The position numbers were made by a program, and so were the translations under genes. 32,000 bases of DNA, taken from assembly GCA_031256725.1 (NCBI GenBank), contig JAIRQE010000007.1, positions 28,687 through 60,686 of the forward strand. Direction: 5' to 3'. Source of the DNA: Propionibacteriaceae bacterium (GTDB lineage: Bacteria > Actinomycetota > Actinomycetes > Propionibacteriales > Propionibacteriaceae). Positions within the stretch are counted from its first letter, which is position 1. Each line of letters begins with the position of its first letter. Of this stretch, positions 17,930 through 26,537 are shown piece by piece. The notes beneath the pieces are model-generated. The model searched no databases. It was not told the origin of the DNA and was given only the letters and a program-made list of their open reading frames with translations.

Positions 17930-20500
17930 TTAAGGTGAAGCTAGGTGTACCTCGAAGGAAAGGTCGTTGTCAGACTCAGTCCAGGAGATCTCTGCGGTGA
18001 GGTGGCTGACGGCTCGAAGATCCGATTCAACCGACTTCAGGTGGGCCAGGACCTCTGGTTTTCCTGAGATGATCATGGAGTCGACAGGGGTTTTCATTGA
18101 GGTCTTGGCGGCCGACTTGGCCCCACGTATGGCGATGAGTGCTTGGGAAATGGTGGAGAGTACTGCTGGGTCACCTGAGTCTGACAACTCAGCAGGGGTG
18201 GGCCAACTGGAGCGATGGATGGACGTGATATTCCACCAGCGCCAGACTTCCTCGGTCACGAAGGGACAATAGGGGGCGAACAGGCGCAGTTGTACACCGA
18301 GGGCGATCCCCAGAGCCGAACGGGCTGAGAGGGTGTCTGCCGAAGGAGTACCCGCACTGTCCTGACCATAGGAACGCTCTTTGACGAACTCAATGTAATC
18401 ATCGCAGAAGGTCCAGAAGAATCGTTCAGCAACCTCAAGAGCATCGGTGTACTCGTACTTCTCAAGGAAGGAGGTTGCAGTGGTGACTACCTGGCGAAGA
18501 TCAGCGAGCATGGCCAGATCCACTGGGTTCGTCACCTGATCAAGAGACCACGACTCAGGGTCGGATTCGGGAAGATTCAAGACGAGTTTCGAGGCATTCA
18601 AGATCTTGGTTGCGAGTCGACGCCCTACCTTCATCTGAGTCTCATCGAAGGGGGAGTCCGCACCCGGACGAGCCATAGCAGCACGCCACCTCACGGCATC
18701 GGAACCATACTTCTCAAGGATCTCTGTGGGGACAACCACGTTGCCCTGAGACTTCGACATCTTCTTGCGGTCTGGGTCCATGACGAAACCGGACAGAGTT
18801 GCCGTCGCCCAAGGCAGACACCCATTTTCGGCATTCGCTCGTACCACACGAGAAAAAAGCCAGGTACGAATGATGTCATGGGCTTGGGGTGCCATATCCA
18901 TGGGGAAGGTCAGATTCCACAGTTCCTCGTCGCGAATCCAGCCGCAGGCAAGTTGGGGACTCAGTGAACTCGTTGCCCAGGTATCCATGACATCCTTGTC
19001 AGCAGTGAAGCCACCCGGTTGTTCGCGCTGGGATTCTGTGTACCCGGGAGCAGTCTCGCTCATGGGATCCACTGGTAGAGCCGATTCCTCAGGGATGATC
19101 GGATTCGTGAAATCGGGGTTCCCATCGGCGTCGAGGCTGTACCAAATTGGGAAGGGTACCCCGAAGAAGCGTTGGCGGGAGATGAGCCAGTCCCCATTGA
19201 GTCCATTCACCCAATCCGAGAAGCGATGCTGCATGTATTCGGGGACCCAGGTCATCTCGGCACCACGGGCGAGAAGTGCTTGGCGCAGGTCCTCATCCTT
19301 GCCTCCATTGCGGATGTACCACTGGTTTGAGGCAACAATCTCAAGAGGCTTGTCCCCACGTTCATAGAAGGACACATTGCGCATTGTTGGCTTGGGTTCC
19401 CCATCCAGGTTCCCTGTTTCGCGGAGCATGGTTACCGTGGCTTCACGGGCTGAGAAGATGGTCTTGCCTGAGAGTTGTTCGTACCTGTCCTTGTTGACGA
19501 CCCACTGGGGGGTTTCGCGGGAGAATCGACCATCACGGCCGATGACCGTACGAGTGGGGAGGTTCAATTCACGCCACCATTGCACATCAGTCTTGTCCCC
19601 AAAGGTACAGCACATGGCGATACCTGCGCCCTTATCCATTTCGGCTGCATGGTGTGCGAGTACAGGGATCTCAATCCCAAACAACGGATCACATACCGTC
19701 GAACCGATGAGGTTCTGGTACCGCTCATCATTGGGGTGGGCAATCAGTGCGCAGACGGAGACAAGCAACTCGGGTCGAGTTGTTTCGATGTACACCGGTG
19801 TCCCATCAAGCTGGTGGAAGGAGACACGATGATAGAACCCGGGGTGTTCCTTGTCGACGATTTCCGCTTGTGCCACGGCTGTGGAGTCGGTGACATCCCA
19901 CATGGTTGGCGCATAATCCAGATAGGCCTCACCACGAGCGAGGTTACGCAGGAAGGCAGCCTGAGAGATACGAATCGCAGTGGGGGAGATCGTTGCATAG
20001 AGTTGGTCCCAGTCCACTGACAGCCCCAGATGGCGCCACAGGTTCTCGAAAACCTTCTCGTCAACTGTTGTCAGTTCCTCACACAACTCGATGAAGTTCC
20101 GGCGAGAAATCGGAATCTGCTTCTTCGGATCGGGATTCGCTGGGGGCGTGAAATCTGGGTCATAGGGCAGAGTCGCATCGCATCGTACCCCGTAATAGTT
20201 TTGGACGCGTCGCTCTGTGGGTAGACCATTATCATCCCAACCCATGGGGTAGAAGACCTCAAGACCGCACATGCGCTTGTACCGAGCAATAACGTCAGTA
20301 TGCGTATAGGAGAAGACATGCCCAACATGGAGGGAGCCGGATACCGTTGGAGGAGGGGTATCGATCGAAAAAACCTGATCCCGCGACGAGGGGCGATTAA
20401 AGGAGTAGATACCCTCATCAGCCCAGTGGGCAGACCATTTATCTTCAAGACCTTCAAGTTGGGGTCGATCAGGAGCAATCCCTGGTGTCACGTCAGTCAT
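17930..20500 (-). CDS. valS: Valine--tRNA ligase (class I aaRS, actinobacterial ~860-aa type)
   Basis: HIGH-type motif PPPTVSGSLHVGHVFSYTHTD, KMSKS motif KKMSKSQGN, and MGWDDNGLPTERRVQNYYGVRCD. The valine assignment rests on my recollection of this family and was not searched. Confidence 0.8.
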   Translation of the reverse strand: MTDVTPGIAPDRPQLEGLEDKWSAHWADEGIYSFNRPSSRDQVFSIDTPPPTVSGSLHVGHVFSYTHTDVIARYKRMCGLEVFYPMGWDDNGLPTERRVQNYYGVRCDATLPYDPDFTPPANPDPKKQIPISRRNFIELCEELTTVDEKVFENLWRHLGLSVDWDQLYATISPTAIRISQAAFLRNLARGEAYLDYAPTMWDVTDSTAVAQAEIVDKEHPGFYHRVSFHQLDGTPVYIETTRPELLVSVCALIAHPNDERYQNLIGSTVCDPLFGIEIPVLAHHAAEMDKGAGIAMCCTFGDKTDVQWWRELNLPTRTVIGRDGRFSRETPQWVVNKDRYEQLSGKTIFSAREATVTMLRETGNLDGEPKPTMRNVSFYERGDKPLEIVASNQWYIRNGGKDEDLRQALLARGAEMTWVPEYMQHRFSDWVNGLNGDWLISRQRFFGVPFPIWYSLDADGNPDFTNPIIPEESALPVDPMSETAPGYTESQREQPGGFTADKDVMDTWATSSLSPQLACGWIRDEELWNLTFPMDMAPQAHDIIRTWLFSRVVRANAENGCLPWATATLSGFVMDPDRKKMSKSQGNVVVPTEILEKYGSDAVRWRAAMARPGADSPFDETQMKVGRRLATKILNASKLVLNLPESDPESWSLDQVTNPVDLAMLADLRQVVTTATSFLEKYEYTDALEVAERFFWTFCDDYIEFVKERSYGQDSAGTPSADTLSARSALGIALGVQLRLFAPYCPFVTEEVWRWWNITSIHRSSWPTPAELSDSGDPAVLSTISQALIAIRGAKSAAKTSMKTPVDSMIISGKPEVLAHLKSVESDLRAVSHLTAEISWTESDNDLSFEVHLASP

Positions 20501-20559
20501 GGGCTATATCCTAGCGACACTCAGTCCTCGACTTAGCCCGATTTCACGGTCAGACCAGT

Positions 20560-22566
20560 CTAGGAAATCGTCACAGGAGCACTTACTGGGCCCACGCGGT
20601 TGCCCTCCACGTACCTCACCTGAAGGAAGTGATTGCCCTGAGTCGCTTTAACCGCAACGTCAACAGATCCTGATTCATCCAGGGAGGGCCATTCCATCGA
20701 ATTCCCATCAAGCAGGATCTCCGCAGTAGTGGATGGAAGTCCTGTGAGCGTGACGATCACCTGCTCATCGCTGGCCCGAGTCGTCATCTTCGGGGGAGGT
20801 ACGAGGTCGTACCCTGCCAATGCGGGATCTGAGGGCGAACTGCCATCTCTCAAGGAAATCATCCCTCGTGAAGAGGTGAAGGGGGCAACGAAACCAGCGG
20901 TGGTCCATTCACCCGAATTGGACGTGGTGACCGTGATCTCCACTTCACCGATAGTGAGGGCTACCTCTGTATGAGGTTCGGCTCGCCCAGAAACGATGGG
21001 GAAGAGATTATTCAGAACACCTGTATCCACTGAGGTGATCTCCACAGACCCCGGAGGTACTGGCACGGGCAGACTCGACTCGGTGGTACGGGTCTGCGAG
21101 GGTGTAGAGGGCGTGGATGGGGTAACTTCTGGGGATGATAGGAGTGAGTCGACTCCGATACCCGCAAGAATGAGGATCACAAGGATGACCACAACGATGA
21201 TCAACCCACGCGCAGCAGAACTCACCTTTCGTTTCGTGGAACGAACACGTGTACGGGTTCGCGCATCCCCATGGGAGGCGAAATCTGGGGACTCGGGATC
21301 CAGGATTCCTTCAGGTTCCAGAGGAAGTTCGAAGATCCGCTTGGAAACGGGGCGCTTCGTAGGCTCCTGCGGAAAATTCAGAATCTCTGGGGGAGAGGTG
21401 TCCATAGTGGCATCATCATCGAAGACATCCTTGGAACTGTCCTCAGTTGATTTTTCTCGTCGTGTCGCTGGAATCTTTCGAGCAGGAATGATGGGAGCCT
21501 TGGGTTTATGCCCAACCCAGGTTCCTACGTACCCTGAAGGACGGCTCATGTCCTGAAGCTCTTCAGTTAACTCAACGTGGTCGACTTCATCGTCTGGCTT
21601 GGGTTCCTCTGCCGCACGAGGCTTCGCTAGAGGTTTGCGTGCGGGGCGGGGCTTGGGTTCCTCAGTCCTCGGTTCCTCGGTCTTCTGCTCCTCAGCCTTC
21701 GCAGGGCGGGTCTTTTTTTCGTCCTCTACCTTCTTGGGCTCAGTTTTCGATTCAGGCGTACGGCCATAGAGTTTCGCTATGGGCATCGGAAGTGGAGCTA
21801 GGGCGCGTACGAAAGGGCCAGTCGCTCGAAGATAGGCTCGAAGGCTTGATCCACCGCCAACCCCAGTAACAGTGTCCATGTACTCTTTGCGGAGAAGAGC
21901 GCCAACCGCAACTGCATCCAACCCAGCTGATTCGCAGGTTTCGCAGTCTCGAATATGGGTAGACATGAGGGTGGCATCGTCTTCTGACATGAGGTTGCGG
22001 GCAAAGGCTCGCGAATTCTGCCAGACTTCACGACACACCTCATTGCTGAGCGGGATGGAGCGTAGACGGCGTTGTACCCACCCTTGACGTAGACCTTGGC
22101 GGGCCTGGTGAAGCAGGGTTGAGGCCTCACGTGTATCCACACCCATGAGGGTCGCAATCTGGTTCGGCCTCATCGACTCCATGTGGGTGTACCACAGTAC
22201 CTCGCGCCACTCCTCGCGAAGGCTGCGGTAGGTTGGGGATAGGTAAACATCCCCGCGAATAGTCTTATTGGGAGCCGCGATGGTTCGAATAGCATGATAG
22301 AGGCAGGGTCGAAAACCTCCCGGCGCTCCCTCATTGGGATCTGCTGAGAGTAGGTGTACCCAGGCCCGAGTGTTGATTGACTCGACATTCTGTTCGGGGG
22401 CTAAACCCTGAACGACTGCTAATCCGTAGGGACTGTGGCGGTTCCAGAGTTCAACAGCGGCGCGACGGTCACCCTCGCGGGCATCGTAGAGAAGAACTTC
22501 GTCGGAACCTTGGGTGTATCCCTCATCAGTGGGGAGGAGGTCGGATGGAGATGCATGATCAACCAT
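20560..22566 (-). CDS. Single-chain ECF-type sigma factor fused to a ZAS anti-sigma domain, charged linker, one TM helix and an extracytoplasmic Ig-like region
   Basis: Residue numbers follow the ORF-track protein that starts at 22581.
- Sigma region 2-like, aa 30-105: GDRRAAVELWNRH...TRAWVHL...FRPCLYHAIRTIA.
- Region 4 HTH, aa 120-168: REEWREVLWYTHMESMRPNQIATLMGVDTREASTLLHQARQGLRQ.
- Zinc motif: C183-x25-H209-x3-C213-x2-C216.
- Pro/Lys/Glu-rich linker, aa 270-450.
- TM helix GLIIVVVILVILILAGIGV, aa 459-477.
- C-terminal beta-rich region: VSGRAEPHTEVALTIGEVEITVTTSNSGEWT.
- Preferred start is ATG 22564-22566, 7 nt after AAGGAG; the alternative ATG ends at 22581. Confidence 0.75.
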   Translation of the reverse strand: MVDHASPSDLLPTDEGYTQGSDEVLLYDAREGDRRAAVELWNRHSPYGLAVVQGLAPEQNVESINTRAWVHLLSADPNEGAPGGFRPCLYHAIRTIAAPNKTIRGDVYLSPTYRSLREEWREVLWYTHMESMRPNQIATLMGVDTREASTLLHQARQGLRQGWVQRRLRSIPLSNEVCREVWQNSRAFARNLMSEDDATLMSTHIRDCETCESAGLDAVAVGALLRKEYMDTVTGVGGGSSLRAYLRATGPFVRALAPLPMPIAKLYGRTPESKTEPKKVEDEKKTRPAKAEEQKTEEPRTEEPKPRPARKPLAKPRAAEEPKPDDEVDHVELTEELQDMSRPSGYVGTWVGHKPKAPIIPARKIPATRREKSTEDSSKDVFDDDATMDTSPPEILNFPQEPTKRPVSKRIFELPLEPEGILDPESPDFASHGDARTRTRVRSTKRKVSSAARGLIIVVVILVILILAGIGVDSLLSSPEVTPSTPSTPSQTRTTESSLPVPVPPGSVEITSVDTGVLNNLFPIVSGRAEPHTEVALTIGEVEITVTTSNSGEWTTAGFVAPFTSSRGMISLRDGSSPSDPALAGYDLVPPPKMTTRASDEQVIVTLTGLPSTTAEILLDGNSMEWPSLDESGSVDVAVKATQGNHFLQVRYVEGNRVGPVSAPVTIS

Positions 22567-22735
22567 GTCCGACTCCTTCATGCGTTAGTAGTACGGGAAA
22601 CCTCGTGGGTGCAATACAGAGGTTGTCCAAAATCGTACCATGGGAACCTCTGAAAACGAGGAGAAGCACCACATTTTAGATCATCTGAAATATGTTATGC
22701 GCTCGGTTGTACGGCCCAGGAAGATGACAAATGAA

Positions 22736-23476
22736 TTAGTTCATTTCGAGGAGTTTACGCATCAAATCGGGATCAAATGTCTGGGTATTGGTGTTAAACA
22801 ATTGTTCGCGGACATCGACACCATCAAGGCGGAAAGCAGGAGTAGCGTTCACCTTGTTCTTTGCCCCATAGGCAGCCTCTGCATCCACGAAGCTACCAGT
22901 GTCCTGGTTATTCAGGCATGTGGAGAAATTGGTGAGTGCATCTCCTGTGAGACCAGCCGCCTCAGGAACAATGGTGTCAATATCTTCGTAGTCCAGGCCA
23001 CCGGATGCGTGGAGGAAGAGTTGATCATGGAACTTGGGGAAGGCCCCTTGGAAGTCCGCACATGCAGATGCAATGGAGGCTTGACGAGAGGTTTCCGCCA
23101 CAAAGGACATAGAGATAACCATGACATTGACCTTCTTCTGCTCAATCGCCTCATTGAGAACAGCGTTCAAGGTACGGTGGGCGCTTGCACAGACCCCACA
23201 GTTATAGTCAGAGTAGATCTCAAGGGTCGGAAGACCATCAACAGGTGGGGCGAGCCAGATCCCATGACCATGAGCGTTGTTGGGAGGCAACTCAGTTCCA
23301 GACTTATTCTGGGTGGAGACGATCCCCCAGATGGCAGTACCAATCACTGCGCCAACGATGATGACACCAGCTATGGCGAACAGAATCTTGTTGCGGCGCT
23401 CCTTCTTAGCCTTCTCAATGCGCTGGGAATCAAGAGATTCACGGCGCGACCGGCGAACCTGAGAACTGCTTGTCAT
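22736..23476 (-). CDS. Membrane-anchored DsbA-family thiol-disulfide oxidoreductase (MdbA-like)
   Basis: N-terminal basic segment plus TM helix ILFAIAGVIIVGAVIGTAIWGIV, then a thioredoxin-fold region with the active site YSDYNCGVCASAH (CxxC). Confidence 0.75.
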   Translation of the reverse strand: MTSSSQVRRSRRESLDSQRIEKAKKERRNKILFAIAGVIIVGAVIGTAIWGIVSTQNKSGTELPPNNAHGHGIWLAPPVDGLPTLEIYSDYNCGVCASAHRTLNAVLNEAIEQKKVNVMVISMSFVAETSRQASIASACADFQGAFPKFHDQLFLHASGGLDYEDIDTIVPEAAGLTGDALTNFSTCLNNQDTGSFVDAEAAYGAKNKVNATPAFRLDGVDVREQLFNTNTQTFDPDLMRKLLEMN

Positions 23477-23594
23477 GGTGACCCTTTCCTAAGAATCCTA
23501 GAGATAATACTTTAGAGCCTTAAAGCTGGGAGCCAAAATCCTGAGCGGGAGATGGACTCACAGCTAGCTCAAGAATAGTTCAAGTTTCCTGATC

Positions 23595-24956
23595 CTAGAA
23601 GAAGAGAATTTGGATATTGTCAAGATCAGAGAAATCAGCACGAACTGTGTGGGTCGTCAAGGATGCCTCAAAGAAATTCCGTCTATTGGGTGTCAAAGCA
23701 TCGAAATCTATAGTCATCTCAAGATTGGCCTCAGCGACGTTGAATGTTGTGGAATCAACCACCCAATCCAAGGTTGTGAAGTCTGGTTGGGCAGAGGTGA
23801 GGGTCCACTTGATTGAATCAACACTCACCTGCGTCTGCTCGGAATTCGCAATACCGAACCCGCAGTCACCAGGCAGCATCTCTAGGCGTGCAAGACAGGA
23901 ACTCAGATGAGGTGCGGCAGCCTCGGAAATCATGGTGACAGCTTCATCTGTGAGGTTCACCCCCCAGGTAAATGCAGGGCTCCCCTCGGGGAAATTGATG
24001 ACAAGCTCAGGATCGGTCATCGTCACATAAGGCTGTGAGGTTTCGAGGGTATAAACCCCAGGGAAGAGGGCAACTGTGCTCAGTGTGGAGACATCAACCC
24101 CATTCAAACTTAAGGGTAGTTTTTCCACGAGGTCAGTTACATTCAGATTCATGAACCCACCGTCAAGAAGCCAGGAGAATCCATGCTGTTGCACTGTGAA
24201 GTGGGCTTCAACCTCGACATCGCCGAGATTATAGGTAGCAGTGATCTGGGCAGGAGATGTCGTTTGCTGACCCTCAGGGACTTTGATATTCGTGATGGGG
24301 TAGTCCCGTTGAGCAGCAGACAGGAATTCTGAGGTGAGGAAGGTGGTATCCTCCACAAGTTGGGCTGTCTGTGCGAGTGCTGTAGGAGCATCACCAGCGG
24401 CTAGGGCAGTGAGGTATGTTTCCACGGCTTCGGTAGCACTCTGCGCGCCAGCGTTAGAGAAAACCTTCGTCCATAGCAGTACACCAGCAGCTAGTACGAT
24501 ACCTAGGGCAAGAAGGCTGGCAAGAACCACGATGAGTACTACGCCCTTCTTTCTCTTCTTGGGTTCGGTGGGTTCATGTTCCAGTGGGACAGCGTAGTAG
24601 TGATCTGGAGGCATCACAACGGTTTCCTGGCTTTGCGGATCCTCGAAGAAACCATGTCCGTAACTGCCAGGATTGGGGCGGAAGAGTCCAGGATGAGAGT
24701 CAAGGGACATATCCCCCTGGCTCATGGGTTGGGTGGCATAGGGGTCCTGCCCAGCGTACGGGTCCTGTCCAGGATGGGAGGGTTGCCCAACGTACGGATC
24801 CTGTCCGGCATAGGGTTCTTGTGGGGCATAGGCTGGTTGCCCAGCGTACGGATCTTGCCCACGAGGAGCGTAAGGATCAGGCCCTGGCGCATAAGGATCC
24901 TGTCCTGCAGGATCGCCACGGTATTCGTCTGGGTACCATCTGGGATCGTTGTTCAT
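23595..24956 (-). CDS. Single-pass membrane protein with an N-terminal Pro/Tyr/Gln/Asp repeat region and a large extracytoplasmic domain of unknown function
   Basis: N-terminus carries about 8 degenerate (G)QDPYA units. TM helix VVLIVVLASLLALGIVLAAGVLLW. The exported domain of about 290 aa begins with a motif I associate, from memory, with NTF2-like/DUF4878 domains (SATEAVETYLTALAAGD) and has one Cys pair (SSCLARLEMLPGDCG). Confidence 0.7.
   Translation of the reverse strand: MNNDPRWYPDEYRGDPAGQDPYAPGPDPYAPRGQDPYAGQPAYAPQEPYAGQDPYVGQPSHPGQDPYAGQDPYATQPMSQGDMSLDSHPGLFRPNPGSYGHGFFEDPQSQETVVMPPDHYYAVPLEHEPTEPKKRKKGVVLIVVLASLLALGIVLAAGVLLWTKVFSNAGAQSATEAVETYLTALAAGDAPTALAQTAQLVEDTTFLTSEFLSAAQRDYPITNIKVPEGQQTTSPAQITATYNLGDVEVEAHFTVQQHGFSWLLDGGFMNLNVTDLVEKLPLSLNGVDVSTLSTVALFPGVYTLETSQPYVTMTDPELVINFPEGSPAFTWGVNLTDEAVTMISEAAAPHLSSCLARLEMLPGDCGFGIANSEQTQVSVDSIKWTLTSAQPDFTTLDWVVDSTTFNVAEANLEMTIDFDALTPNRRNFFEASLTTHTVRADFSDLDNIQILFF
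24729..24908 (-). repeat. In-frame degenerate tandem repeat encoding QDPYAG-like units
   Basis: Plus strand shows recurring gcccagcgtacgg(g/a)tc(c/t)tg(t/c)cc-like units. All other frames are also open here (ORFs 24576..24986, 24584..25003, 24722..24919), as expected for repetitive DNA. Confidence 0.7.
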
Positions 24957-25023
24957 CGAACACCCTCACTTCCACAAATACACTGAGATTACTTCCAGTT
25001 TAGGACAAGCCCAAGAAAAAGAG

Positions 25024-26367
25024 CTACTCCAGGCTCTGGCCCTTGAGTTCAGGCAACAACAGGCTCAGGAAACAAGCCACTAAGAAACTAATCCCGAAGA
25101 GGAAGAAGAGCCAGGTGGTACCAAGGCCCATCAGAGCCGGGACAATCAGGGGTGCGATGATCGAGGCGATGCGTCCGAATCCGGCAGCCCATCCAGATCC
25201 AGCACCACGCAGATCGGTGGGGAAGAGTTCAGGGGTTGTGGCATAGAGCGCCCCCCAGGCACCAAGGTTGAAGAATGACAGGGTCATCCCTGCAGCGATG
25301 ATTGCCCAAGGCTCAAAGGCGAAGGCGAAGAGTCCGGCTGCGATTGCTGAACCTGCAAGGAAGATGATCAGAGTTGGACGGCGTCCCCACTTTTCAATCG
25401 TGATCGCGGCACAGGCGTAGCCAGGAAGTTGCGCCAACGTGATGATCAGGGTGTACCCGAAGGACTTGGTGATCGCAATACCGTTCATGACAAGCAGGGA
25501 TGGCAGCCAAATAAAGGCGCCGTAATAGGAGAAGTTCACGAAGAACCAGATCAGCCCGATGACTGCAGCCCGCCCACGAAGCCCTGTGGCCCATAGTGCG
25601 GACACCTTTGCGGGAGGTTCGGGTATCTCAGGTTCGGCTGCGATGTGAGCATCGTGAGCGATCTCTGGAGCCACATTGGCACCTTGGTTGAACATGGGTC
25701 GGGAACTCTCGAAGTCTTCGACGATCTTCTCTGCTTGTTCGAAGCGGCCCTTGCGGCCCAGGAATCGTACAGATTCCGGCAGTCCCATACGTATCACCAG
25801 GGCATAGATTGCTGGTACGGCCCCCAAGGCTAAGGCCCATCGCCAGCCGTTGTCGCCGACTGGAACCACGAAGTACCCAATCAGAGCCGCGAAGAGCCAG
25901 CCCAATGCCCAGAAGGCTTCCAGAACCACGATTATTCGCCCACGAATTCTTGCAGGCGCAAACTCGGAGACCAGGGTTGACGCAACAGGTAACTCTGCTC
26001 CAAGTCCGAGGCCCACGACTACACGCAGGGCAATGAGGACGGCTACTGTACCAGCCAACCCCGAAGCACCAGTCGCCAACCCATAGATCAGTAGGGTTAG
26101 AGCGAAAACTTGACGGCGCCCAATCTTGTCGGCCAGCAGGCCACCAAAGGTTGCTCCAATCGCCATCCCGATGAAGCCCGCAGAGGCAATCCATCCCGCG
26201 GTCGTAGAGTCAATACCCTGCCATCCGCTTTTCACCAATTGAGCGATGATAAAGGAGATGAGACCCACATCCATGGCGTCGAGAGCCCATCCGAAGCCGG
26301 AGCCAAGAACAAGTTTGCCGTGTTTGTAGGTGAAAGGCAGTCGATCCAACCGAGCAGCATGATTCAT
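25024..26367 (-). CDS. MFS transporter (12-TM metabolite:H+ symporter type; substrate unknown, possibly niacin/aromatic acid class)
   Basis: 447 aa. Contains RLDRLPFTYKHGKLVLGSGFGWALDAMDVGLISF and LADKIGRRQVF (MFS motif A), with a central hydrophilic loop. GGAAGGA SD lies 6 nt upstream. Confidence 0.85.
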   Translation of the reverse strand: MNHAARLDRLPFTYKHGKLVLGSGFGWALDAMDVGLISFIIAQLVKSGWQGIDSTTAGWIASAGFIGMAIGATFGGLLADKIGRRQVFALTLLIYGLATGASGLAGTVAVLIALRVVVGLGLGAELPVASTLVSEFAPARIRGRIIVVLEAFWALGWLFAALIGYFVVPVGDNGWRWALALGAVPAIYALVIRMGLPESVRFLGRKGRFEQAEKIVEDFESSRPMFNQGANVAPEIAHDAHIAAEPEIPEPPAKVSALWATGLRGRAAVIGLIWFFVNFSYYGAFIWLPSLLVMNGIAITKSFGYTLIITLAQLPGYACAAITIEKWGRRPTLIIFLAGSAIAAGLFAFAFEPWAIIAAGMTLSFFNLGAWGALYATTPELFPTDLRGAGSGWAAGFGRIASIIAPLIVPALMGLGTTWLFFLFGISFLVACFLSLLLPELKGQSLE

Positions 26368-26389
26368 GGAGAGTCCTTCCGACTGGGAC

Positions 26390-26474
26390 GAAAACTACCG
26401 CAGCGAATAAAGTGTAGTCGTCGCTGCGGGGAAGAGATCTCCGTGTCCACCGTCAAGACTGGTTCTCAGCGACG
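26390..26474 (-). promoter_or_regulatory. Candidate attenuator in the MFS transporter leader (terminator-like hairpin plus competing upstream pairing)
   Basis: In the minus-strand RNA, a 9-bp stem CCGCAGCGA/UCGCUGCGG (plus-strand 26398-26406 and 26421-26429, 14-nt loop) is followed by UAGUUUUCGU, about 25 nt before the ATG. An upstream segment CGUCGCUG (26467-26474) is perfectly complementary to CAGCGACG (26419-26426), which includes the 5' arm of that hairpin. Confidence 0.35.
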
Positions 26475-26537
26475 ATGAGCACTTATTGTTATAAAAAACT
26501 GGCCCCCAGCGGCGCCGTTGCCGATGGGAACCAGGGC

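Noticed and set aside
16299-20020. Numerous 100-200 aa plus-strand ORFs opposite glpA, valS and the sigma-fusion gene (for example 16792..17355, 18765..19367, 19475..20020, 20996..21556).
   Set aside because: These are antisense shadows of well-supported genes, with no independent coding signal.
22640-23515. 291-aa plus-strand ORF covering the whole DsbA-like gene on the opposite strand.
   Set aside because: The minus-strand product has a coherent TM anchor plus a thioredoxin fold with CxxC. The plus-strand translation has no recognisable domain and many Cys/His/Arg residues typical of antisense frames. It is kept only as a possible antisense-transcription flag.
26493-26509. Second terminator-like element CTGGGGGCCAG followed by TTTTTT (minus strand) downstream of the rpsT terminator.
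   Set aside because: The stem is only 4 bp with a 3-nt loop, which is too weak to call. It may simply be part of the MFS leader.
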